From an uncultured Noviherbaspirillum sp. (GTDB lineage: Bacteria > Pseudomonadota > Gammaproteobacteria > Burkholderiales > Burkholderiaceae_D), in the NCBI GenBank assembly GCA_966211585.1, contig CBIHNU010000013.1:36384-100383 (forward strand): DNA of 64,000 nt. The letters are read 5' to 3'. The notes under the pieces were generated by a model that saw only the letters and a list, made by a program, of their open reading frames with translations, was not told where the DNA came from and made no database searches. Position numbers and translations under genes: made by a program. This document shows, in pieces, positions 1-7,289 of the stretch (the first letter of the stretch is position 1; every line of letters starts with the position of its first letter).

Positions 1-1007
1 TCCGACTGCCGGGTCAGGAAACCCGGAATGCCCTGTACCGCGACCGACGAATCGATGCTGCTGACCTCGGTCTTGATCGACGCCATGATGTTGCCCTGGT
101 CGTCGGCCACCGGCTTGATCGACAGCCGTACGCCGTAGTCCTTGAATTCCACCGAGCCGCCGCCGAGCGATGACATTGCCGGCAGCGGAATCTGGCCACC
201 GGCCAGGAATTTTGCTTCACCGCCGCTGCGCGCGCTCAGTTCCGGTTCCGCTAGCATGTACGCGTCACCGTTGTTCTTGGCGATATTCAGCGTGGTATTG
301 ATCAGCGACGAAATGCCGAGGTAGGTGAGCAGGCCGTGGTTAGGCACCGGCAGTATGCCTTTCAGTGCGCCCTGGGTCTGCGGTTTGTCCGAACCGAGGT
401 TGCCGGCGAAGCCGACCATTGGACCGGCCACCGAGCCCGGCCATTGCAGTCCGATGTTTTCCAGGATCGATTTCTTCATCTCGATGATCTGCACTTTCAT
501 GTAGACCATCTTTTTCATCGACACTTCTTCTTCCCGCGCCAGGTTGGCCACCTGCGGATAGATCTTGGCGGCAGCCGCGATGCGCGCCAGGTTTTCCTTG
601 CTGGCGGTGCCGCTGATGATCACATTCGACCCCACTGGCGTGATCTCGATGGTGGGAATGTCCTTCAGCACCATGCTCAGATTGCGGTAGGCATCGCCGG
701 CATCACGCGGGCTGATGCGCACCGTGTAGATGGTCTTCTGGTTGTTGCCGGACCAGATCACCAGCGAGGAATCGCCGACCGCTTCGGCGATCAGCAGCAG
801 CTCCTTGTCATCGACAACCGAGGTGCTGAACAGCTTGCCGTTGCCGACCGCGATGCGTTGAACTTTATGGATCGGCAGCGACTTCACTTCGCCGACGAAC
901 ATCAGGATCTCGTTGTTCTTCGTTCCGGCCGTCGTTTCCTGCGCGTGTAGCGCGCCGGAAAACATGAGGGAACACCAGAGGCAGATTGCGAGGAGGCGTG
1001 TAAGCAT
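1..1007 (-). CDS. cpaC: Tad/Flp pilus secretin CpaC/RcpA (5' part; runs off the window, not in ORF track)
   Basis: Manual translation from ATG at 1007: MLTRLLAICLWCSLMFSGALHAQE (signal peptide)...VKSLPIHKVQRIAVGNGKLF...LAEPELSARSGGEAKFLAGGQIP...VEFKDYGVRLSIKP. These are typical CpaC N-domain and secretin motifs, and the gene lies directly downstream of cpaB. Confidence 0.9.
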   Translation of the reverse strand, partial: MLTRLLAICLWCSLMFSGALHAQETTAGTKNNEILMFVGEVKSLPIHKVQRIAVGNGKLFSTSVVDDKELLLIAEAVGDSSLVIWSGNNQKTIYTVRISPRDAGDAYRNLSMVLKDIPTIEITPVGSNVIISGTASKENLARIAAAAKIYPQVANLAREEEVSMKKMVYMKVQIIEMKKSILENIGLQWPGSVAGPMVGFAGNLGSDKPQTQGALKGILPVPNHGLLTYLGISSLINTTLNIAKNNGDAYMLAEPELSARSGGEAKFLAGGQIPLPAMSSLGGGSVEFKDYGVRLSIKPVADDQGNIMASIKTEVSSIDSSVAVQGIPGFLTRQS

Positions 1008-1021
1008 TATTTTTCTCTATC

Positions 1022-2101
1022 TCACTTAGAGGACTTGGCAGTCGCGGACTTGTTGGCGAGTTTAAGCAGGTCGTTGAAATTGCTCGGCAACGCTGCCGTC
1101 GCAGGCGCGGTCGCGGCATCGCCGGATGCGGCGGCGGGCGGCGGCATGATGCCCGATGGCGTCAGCGTCAGGCCGGCCGGCAGCGGCACATTGACGGCCG
1201 GCGTCACCGCGTCGCTGTTCCCCTTGCCGCCGATGATGTATTCGATATAGCCGGACGAAGACGACCTGTGCGGACGGGCCAGTGCCGCACGCTTGGTCCG
1301 TTCGCGTATGTCTTCCAGCATGTTTTCGGCGTTCACGGACTCGAAGTCGACTTCCTGCTTGTCGTTTTCGTTGCGCAGCACCGCGCGGATCTTGCCGAGT
1401 TCGGTTGCCAGCGCCAGTCGCGCCGCCTCGGTCGGCGTCACCTCCAGCGTGAAGTTGCTGTAGCTGATTCGCCGCTTTTCCGGTGCGACCGAGTTGGCAG
1501 GATCGTCGTGCGTGATTTTCTGGCCTGTCGCGAGCACCTTGACCTGGTCCAGGAAGGGCACCACCGTCTGGCCGTTTGATCCATCTCCGCTGCCCGGCAA
1601 CACCAGCATCAGGTCGACCAGGTTGCCCGGTTCGACCATATGCGAGACCGAGTTGATTTCGTCGACATTGACCGTCATCGCGCGCTTGCCCGGTTTCAGC
1701 GTGCCGGAGAAATCGGCGAACAGTTCACGCACGTCTTCCTTGCGCAGAGGCTTGCCTTTTTGCACCGGACGAATCAGCGCCTGGCCTTTCAGCGCATCGA
1801 ACTCATCGACCGTGATTGTGTCGTCATAAATGAAATCGGCCGGTACGTTGCGCGATGCGACCACGCTTTCGCTGAGCACGGCGCCGGGCGGCAGCGAGCG
1901 AATCGGCACCACCACGGCGACCGTGCTTCCCTTGTCCTGTTGCGATCGGGCGGTGAGTTCGGCTTCAATACTCTGTTCCTTGAACTTGAGATATTGCAGG
2001 GTCAGCCATGTGGTCAGCAAACTCAGCACGATGGCTACGATAAGCATCAACCATGTTTTGTTGATCTTTATGTTTGGGCGTTGGATTTTCAAGTTAGTCA
2101 A
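1022..2101 (-). CDS. cpaB: Flp pilus assembly protein CpaB/RcpC
   Basis: N-terminal TM segment, SAF-like region (VVVPIRSLPPG), 'GKRAMTVNVDEINSVSHMVEPGNLVDLML' and 'VKVLATGQ...TLEVTPTEAARLALA' RcpC motifs. TTG start. Confidence 0.9.
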   Translation of the reverse strand: MTNLKIQRPNIKINKTWLMLIVAIVLSLLTTWLTLQYLKFKEQSIEAELTARSQQDKGSTVAVVVPIRSLPPGAVLSESVVASRNVPADFIYDDTITVDEFDALKGQALIRPVQKGKPLRKEDVRELFADFSGTLKPGKRAMTVNVDEINSVSHMVEPGNLVDLMLVLPGSGDGSNGQTVVPFLDQVKVLATGQKITHDDPANSVAPEKRRISYSNFTLEVTPTEAARLALATELGKIRAVLRNENDKQEVDFESVNAENMLEDIRERTKRAALARPHRSSSSGYIEYIIGGKGNSDAVTPAVNVPLPAGLTLTPSGIMPPPAAASGDAATAPATAALPSNFNDLLKLANKSATAKSSK

Positions 2102-2170
2102 CCCTGCAAAAAGTAATATTGAATTTCCGCTTCTTTACCGCGCCGAAGAAGCGCTTCGGTGTTTCCTGTT

Positions 2171-2482
2171 TCAATCGAACGACACGTCGACCGGCCATTC
2201 GGGATCTTTCAGATCGAGGCATTTGTCGACCGTGACCGTGGCCGATACGCCGCCCGCGCCGGCGCTTGCGGACGTATAGCAGTTGGGCATCGACGAAATC
2301 GATATCGCATATGAATAATCGGTGTAGTAGTCGCGGATCGCCGTGGCCAGCCGTTGTATCGGCGGATTGTCTCCGGTCACCAGCACGATCACGCCAACCA
2401 TCAGCACCACCAGATACTCGATCAGCGACTGGCCGCGCATGCGGCGCGCGCGTAGCGGTCGCGAGAAGAGGCGTCTGCTCAT
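2171..2482 (-). CDS. Flp/TadE-type minor pilin-like protein (103 aa)
   Basis: Class III prepilin motif RG|QSLIEY followed by a hydrophobic helix. ATG at 2482 overlaps the upstream stop (ATGA). One Cys pair in the C-terminal part. Confidence 0.75.
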   Translation of the reverse strand: MSRRLFSRPLRARRMRGQSLIEYLVVLMVGVIVLVTGDNPPIQRLATAIRDYYTDYSYAISISSMPNCYTSASAGAGGVSATVTVDKCLDLKDPEWPVDVSFD

Positions 2483-3201
2483 GGCTTGTCCACCAGATTG
2501 GCGAGCACGGCGGTGTGGCTGCCGTTGCGTGTGATGACCAGGCTCGCTTCGGCCAGCCCGCGCTTCATGATCAGCGTGATGCCGGGGCCGGACTTGGTCG
2601 TTATCTGATAGCTGCTGATCGCCCGCCATCCCTGGTCGGCCAGCGTCTGGCGATAAAAATCGGCATTCGATTCGGCTGAAAAGGTATTGGTCAGCAGCAG
2701 CGTGCGCGCGTTTTTTCCATCGTCGCGGTGTTCAATGTCGTTAATGACGGTGCTGCCCGACATCATCGGCAGCGCCTTATCGGAATCGATCACGCGCGGC
2801 TGGTCCGGCGCCTGCGTCGCGCTCAGCAAACCGGTGGAACCGCTTCTGCCGGCTGCCTGGACCTGCACGGTGAAAAAGCATTTGCCGCGCGCCGAGGCGA
2901 TGGTTTGCCACGGATCGACCGTATATTCGAGAGGTGCTGAACCGAGGGGGCCGCCTTTCCACGCCTGCCGGTAAAACGCGAGAATCTGCTCCGGCTTCTG
3001 GTCGCTGTCGAAGCGCTTGATGCTCATCGGTATGCCGTTGTAGACCATGTACGGCGCTACCCATTGCAAGGACGTGGTTTTCGGTTCAGGAAATGCGGGG
3101 CAGTCGAGTTCTTTCGCCATCAATCCGGTCGACAGCAGGCCGCAGCAGGCCATTGCGGCCCAGCGCGTGCGGTTTCTGAAGTTTGCCGAATGGTTGTTCA
3201 T
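2479..3201 (-). CDS. Secreted hypothetical protein in tad cluster (240 aa)
   Basis: Start MNNHSANF at 3201, Sec-type signal, two internal FYRQ-containing repeats, tightly coupled to neighbours. Confidence 0.7.
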   Translation of the reverse strand: MNNHSANFRNRTRWAAMACCGLLSTGLMAKELDCPAFPEPKTTSLQWVAPYMVYNGIPMSIKRFDSDQKPEQILAFYRQAWKGGPLGSAPLEYTVDPWQTIASARGKCFFTVQVQAAGRSGSTGLLSATQAPDQPRVIDSDKALPMMSGSTVINDIEHRDDGKNARTLLLTNTFSAESNADFYRQTLADQGWRAISSYQITTKSGPGITLIMKRGLAEASLVITRNGSHTAVLANLVDKP

Positions 3202-3209
3202 CGCGCTGC

Positions 3210-4052
3210 TTATTTGAGGCGATCGGCCGGAACATTTTCCGGTTCGATCTTGCCGAGTTCGAGCTTCGATACTTCCGGCAGGAATACCGACACGGCGGCC
3301 TGCAGGTATTCCATGACCGGTACGCCGCCGATTGTCGCGGCAAAGATGGAGAAGGGCACCAGGCCTTTGGTTTGCTGCTTGACGCTGGTCTTGCTGGCGT
3401 CGTCGGGGCCGTCCGCACTCCATCCGTTGGCGAGCAGCACATTGGTTTCGCTGAAGCCGGAGGTCGAGTTCTTCAGCAGGAAATGGTCGTAGTCGATGTC
3501 CTTCACCTTGATGGTGACGGTCGCCGCATACTCGCCGTTCATCTCCAGCGTGAACGGGCCGAGTGTCGAAGCGAAATTCGCGATCGGATCGAGTATCAGG
3601 TTCAAGGTGCCGGGAGCCTGGTTATTGGCCACCGTGTTCTGGACGTCGCTGTAATTGGCCAGCAGTTGCTTGCCGCTGCGGTCTTGCCAGAGCGCTTTCG
3701 ATCCGCCGCTGAAACTGTTCGCACTGCGGTCCGTGCTCGAAAACTGCGTGTTCGCCCCGGTCTCGGAAAGCTGGCGTACACCAATCTCGCGGCGAATCTG
3801 GTCGTCGGTTTTCTCGTTGGCCTGCCATCTGCGGCTCACGCCGAACCAGCCGAGGCTGGAAGCGGCGTCGCCGCCGTACCAGACCGTGCGTTCCCACGCC
3901 GCATAACGCGCGGTCTGTACCGCGCTGGCGCGCACATCCAGGTACTTTCCGAGCAACGGAATCGCGAGAAACAGCGGTACCAGCACGAGCGCAGCCACGA
4001 TCACCAGTTCGACCATGGCTTGTCCGCGCGCTCTGGAAGGTATGGTTACCAT
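3210..4052 (-). CDS. tadE: TadE-like pseudopilin (280 aa)
   Basis: RG|QAMVEL prepilin motif, hydrophobic helix, 'AVQTARYAAWER' TadE-type motif. Start overlaps the upstream stop. Confidence 0.75.
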   Translation of the reverse strand: MVTIPSRARGQAMVELVIVAALVLVPLFLAIPLLGKYLDVRASAVQTARYAAWERTVWYGGDAASSLGWFGVSRRWQANEKTDDQIRREIGVRQLSETGANTQFSSTDRSANSFSGGSKALWQDRSGKQLLANYSDVQNTVANNQAPGTLNLILDPIANFASTLGPFTLEMNGEYAATVTIKVKDIDYDHFLLKNSTSGFSETNVLLANGWSADGPDDASKTSVKQQTKGLVPFSIFAATIGGVPVMEYLQAAVSVFLPEVSKLELGKIEPENVPADRLK

Positions 4053-5638
4053 AGGTGATAGGTCAGGGAAGCGTACTGTTCGAGGAAATTGTTCGGCGCC
4101 AGCCGGGCTTGCCAATACGGGCTGTACAGGCTGCCGAGTTCGGTCTTGCCATCGCCGCGCGCCCACAGTTTCGGCGGACGCGAAAAATAGATCTGCGCCT
4201 TGGTCAGGCTGCGCATGAAGCCGCTCTGCGTGCCGTTGGTCAGCGCGAACTGGCCGCCCGACATGCTGTTGCTGCTCGGGATCTTGTTATCCGCCTTTTC
4301 TATTTCAAGTATCAGTGGCGGACCGAGCAGGTTGTCCTTGTCGGTTTTCTTAACGTCGAAGTAGCTGCGCAGGCCGGCACGGGAATCGAGCGTCGCGCCT
4401 GCGCCGGCGGCCTTTTGCCGCAGCGCCGCCAAAGCGGTATCGGCGCGCTCGTACACGCCGCCATACGCATCGTCGGCTTCGGTGCCGAAATTGTTGTCCG
4501 GGTTCAGATTGCTGCTCGGGCCGGCCTGTGCGGCGCCCCAGCCCATCGGGATCAGCGGCACCGGGATCGGAATCGGGATCGGAATGCCGAGAATGCTGAT
4601 CCAGAAAATCGCATAGCCGGAAAAGCCGGTCGCGTCCATCGCACTCCAGGTCTTTTTGGAGCCGTTGATGTTCTTCAGTTCGGTTCCGCCACGATGCCAC
4701 AGATACATCAGGAAGGCGCCGTTCTGATAGGGAATGAAGCGGGTAGGGTCGACCACGAACGGGGTCAGGTACATCATTTCCGGGAAGTTCTTCGCCGGTC
4801 CGCCGTTCTTGGTGCTGCGGTCGCGCGAGAACTCGTCGAGCGAATCGATCGTGACCTGGGCCATGCGGTCCCCGTTGGCACCGTCCAGATTGGTCGCATT
4901 CGGGTTCTTCTTATTGGTGAACAGGAACCATTGCGCCAGATGAACGATGGCCGCCGCTGTGCCCGGCGTGCTCAGGTCGGCGTTCGTGTCGTTGAGCTTG
5001 ATGACGTTGTAGGCATCGTTGAAGGTCAGCAGGTCCTTCACCACGCCGAGCGAAGACTCATCGACGCCGGCCAGCTTGTCGAGCACCTTGGCCGGGGACA
5101 GGCCGATGGTCTGCGCGACGGTCAACGCGGTGCCGTAGTGGTAAATGGTTTGCGCAACGCTGAGGACGTCGATCAGCCCATCCAGCAGCTTTGTCGTGAC
5201 CGGTCCGATGGTGTCGAACGCCGATTTGAATACATTGGATACGCTTTTCGATGCGTTCCACGGCACGTCCCAAAATATTTTCGCAAGTGGTCCGCCGAGC
5301 GATGTCAGCACCTTCGGCACCCAGGAAAGCGGGCCGCGGTAGGTGGCGGAATAGTTGCGCGACCAGGACGTCAGTCCGACCACCTGCGCCACCGCTACCT
5401 GGTTGGCGATGATCGCGCGATTGGTATACGCGGCGAAGTTGTAGTCCCGCGCTTCCGCGAGCACCGCGCTATAGGCGGCAGCGTCAGCGGTATTCTGCAG
5501 CCGCATCTTGTTGATCGACTGCTGGCCCATGGTGTACATCGTCACCATCACCAGAATGATGATGGATACCGTGATGAGGGAAAAAACCAGCGCCTGACCT
5601 TGCTGGCTTTTACATCGGGAGATGGCAGTCAAGGTCAT
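4046..5638 (-). CDS. tadG: TadG-like large pseudopilin / putative tip adhesin (530 aa)
   Basis: QG|QALVF prepilin motif without E+5, 'LQNTADAAAYSA' Tad-domain motif, C-terminal YWQARL. Confidence 0.75.
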   Translation of the reverse strand: MTLTAISRCKSQQGQALVFSLITVSIIILVMVTMYTMGQQSINKMRLQNTADAAAYSAVLAEARDYNFAAYTNRAIIANQVAVAQVVGLTSWSRNYSATYRGPLSWVPKVLTSLGGPLAKIFWDVPWNASKSVSNVFKSAFDTIGPVTTKLLDGLIDVLSVAQTIYHYGTALTVAQTIGLSPAKVLDKLAGVDESSLGVVKDLLTFNDAYNVIKLNDTNADLSTPGTAAAIVHLAQWFLFTNKKNPNATNLDGANGDRMAQVTIDSLDEFSRDRSTKNGGPAKNFPEMMYLTPFVVDPTRFIPYQNGAFLMYLWHRGGTELKNINGSKKTWSAMDATGFSGYAIFWISILGIPIPIPIPVPLIPMGWGAAQAGPSSNLNPDNNFGTEADDAYGGVYERADTALAALRQKAAGAGATLDSRAGLRSYFDVKKTDKDNLLGPPLILEIEKADNKIPSSNSMSGGQFALTNGTQSGFMRSLTKAQIYFSRPPKLWARGDGKTELGSLYSPYWQARLAPNNFLEQYASLTYHLW

Positions 5639-5692
5639 CCGCCTGTTTGAATAATGTAGTACGGACGTACATTTCGGCGAAATCGAAGCCGG

Positions 5693-5737
5693 TTTTTCCG
5701 CGTATGGCAGGGATCATCCCTGCCATACCGGAAGAAA
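5693..5737 (-). terminator. Long stem-loop downstream of the pilin gene (terminator/attenuator or mRNA-stabilising hairpin)
   Basis: Perfect 12-bp stem GTATGGCAGGGA (5702-5713)/TCCCTGCCATAC (5717-5728), extended by TTCCG/CGGAA. No clear U-tract on the minus strand. Confidence 0.6.
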
Positions 5738-5745
5738 CGCGGTTC

Positions 5746-6045
5746 TTATTTGCTGGCAGCGTTGCCAGCGTCGTAGTTGGCCATACCCTTGCCCGAGGCT
5801 GCCTTGGATGCGGCGGCAGAGGCGGCGCTGGCGGCGGTTGCCTTGCCGGCTGCGGCACCGGTACCGGCGACTTCACCGGCGAGGCCGGCTACCTGGCCGC
5901 GAATGGTCTGGCCGAACATGCTGTACACGCCGATTGCCGCGACGGCGATCAACGCGACGATGATGATGTATTCGGTCATGCCTTGACCACGCTCGGCTTG
6001 GGGCGATTTCAGTGTCAGATTTTTGATACGTGTCGCGATTTGCAT
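5746..6045 (-). CDS. flp: Flp-family type IVb major pilin-like protein with Ala-rich extension (99 aa)
   Basis: RG|QGMTEYIIIVALIAVAAIGV matches the Flp motif (E+5, Y+6). First gene of the cluster, with RBS GAGGGG. Confidence 0.85.
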   Translation of the reverse strand: MQIATRIKNLTLKSPQAERGQGMTEYIIIVALIAVAAIGVYSMFGQTIRGQVAGLAGEVAGTGAAAGKATAASAASAAASKAASGKGMANYDAGNAASK

Positions 6046-6085
6046 GATGGTCCCCTCTTATAAAAGTCGATATTTATTGTCTCCG

Positions 6086-6110
6086 GACATCTGTGTGCAA
6101 AACAGATGTC
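6086..6110. promoter_or_regulatory. Perfect inverted repeat in the AT-rich flp/Sel1 divergent region (candidate operator)
   Basis: GACATCTGT-N7-ACAGATGTC, about 40 bp upstream of the pilin start. Confidence 0.45.
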
Positions 6111-6318
6111 ATCCGCGAAACGATACCATATGATATCTTCCCTGTAGGCATTTTTGCGTTCAAGAAAGTGTTTTCCGTACGACAAAAATACAACGTTGCG
6201 CGACGGAAATTACGATAACTTACAGGTCTTCGTAAAAGCAGATTACAGCGGGTGCTGAATGGTGCTGCCAGTCAATTTGACCTCGCTACTTCTTCGTTAT
6301 ATGGGCAAGGGGAAACAT

Positions 6319-7227
6319 ATGGTGAACCGATTTTTCAGGGAATGTGCGGTGGTGGCGGGACTGCTGGGCATCGTCTTGCCGGCGCACGCCGACTATCAAT
6401 CGGCGCGCGCGGCATACGAACACGGCGACTATGCCGTGGCCCTGAAAGAGTTTTCGGATGCCGCTTCGCAAGGCAACGTGGAGGCCGAAAACAACCTCGG
6501 CATCATGTATGAAAAAGGCCAGGGCGTGCCGGTGAATTACGCGCGGGCGATGGCCTGGTATCGCAAGGCGGCCGACCAGAATTTCGCCCCGGCGCAAACA
6601 TCGGTCGGTTATCTCCATGCCCATGGATTCGGCGTGCCGCGCGATTACGCGCAGGCGATGGCCTGGTATCGCAAGGCGGCCGACCAGAATTTTGCCCAGG
6701 CGCAGAACAATATCGGTGCGATGTACGAGATGGGGCATGGCGTTGCCGCCGATCCGGTACAGGCAGCAGAGTGGTATCGGAAAGCCGCCGATCAAGGGCT
6801 GGCATTGGGACAGGCCAATCTCGGCTTTCTGCATGCGCGAGGCAAAGGCGTCGCCAAAGACGATGCGAAGGCGGTCGAACTCTACGTCAAGGCGGCAGCG
6901 CAGAATCTGCCGCTGGCGCAAAACAATCTCGGCTACATGTACGCGCAGGGACGCGGGGTGCAAGAGGATTACGCGGCGGCGGCTTCGTGGTATCGCAAGG
7001 CAGCGGCGCAAGGATTCGGTCTCGCCGGATTCAATCTGGCCCGTCTATACGAGCAAGGCAAGGGCGTGCCGCAAGATAATGCCCAAGCCCTTTCGTGGCT
7101 GACGCAATCGGCAAACGCCGGCTACAAACCGGCGATGCGGCGCCTTGCGGATGTTTATACGCGCGGCTTGCTGGGGCAAAAGCCGTCTCCGGAAACCGCG
7201 AACCACTGGGCCGACAAGGCACGCTGA
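6319..7227 (+). CDS. Secreted Sel1-like repeat protein (7 SLRs, 302 aa)
   Basis: Signal peptide ending AHA|D and seven about 36-aa repeats of the type AQNNLG.MY..G.GV..D...A..WYRKAA.Q. RBS AAGGGG upstream of ATG 6319. Confidence 0.9.
   Translation: MVNRFFRECAVVAGLLGIVLPAHADYQSARAAYEHGDYAVALKEFSDAASQGNVEAENNLGIMYEKGQGVPVNYARAMAWYRKAADQNFAPAQTSVGYLHAHGFGVPRDYAQAMAWYRKAADQNFAQAQNNIGAMYEMGHGVAADPVQAAEWYRKAADQGLALGQANLGFLHARGKGVAKDDAKAVELYVKAAAQNLPLAQNNLGYMYAQGRGVQEDYAAAASWYRKAAAQGFGLAGFNLARLYEQGKGVPQDNAQALSWLTQSANAGYKPAMRRLADVYTRGLLGQKPSPETANHWADKAR
6546..6692 (+). repeat. 39-bp identical direct repeat within the Sel1 gene
   Basis: GGCGATGGCCTGGTATCGCAAGGCGGCCGACCAGAATTT at 6546-6584 and 6654-6692, 108 bp apart (one SLR). 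Confidence 0.85.
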
Positions 7228-7289
7228 GCAATCGCAATAGCAAATACAAATAACAATAACGAGAAGTGCACAAGAGGGAGGGGGAGTAC

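Noticed and set aside
4562-4585. 12-bp tandem repeat GGGATCGGAATC in tadG-like gene
   Set aside because: Simply encodes the IPIPIP stretch. It is in frame, with no evidence of phase variation.
4055-5650. 531-aa plus-strand ORF
   Set aside because: Antisense shadow of the TadG-like gene, with no motifs or RBS.
6046-6318. c-di-GMP riboswitch or CRP box upstream of the pilin
   Set aside because: No GEMM GNRA/receptor pattern, and only a half match to TGTGA-N6-TCACA. Only the inverted repeat is reported.
7228-7265. Short 6-bp periodic GCAAT/CAAAT repeats between Sel1 and SLC13
   Set aside because: Low-complexity and degenerate, so it cannot be distinguished from chance.
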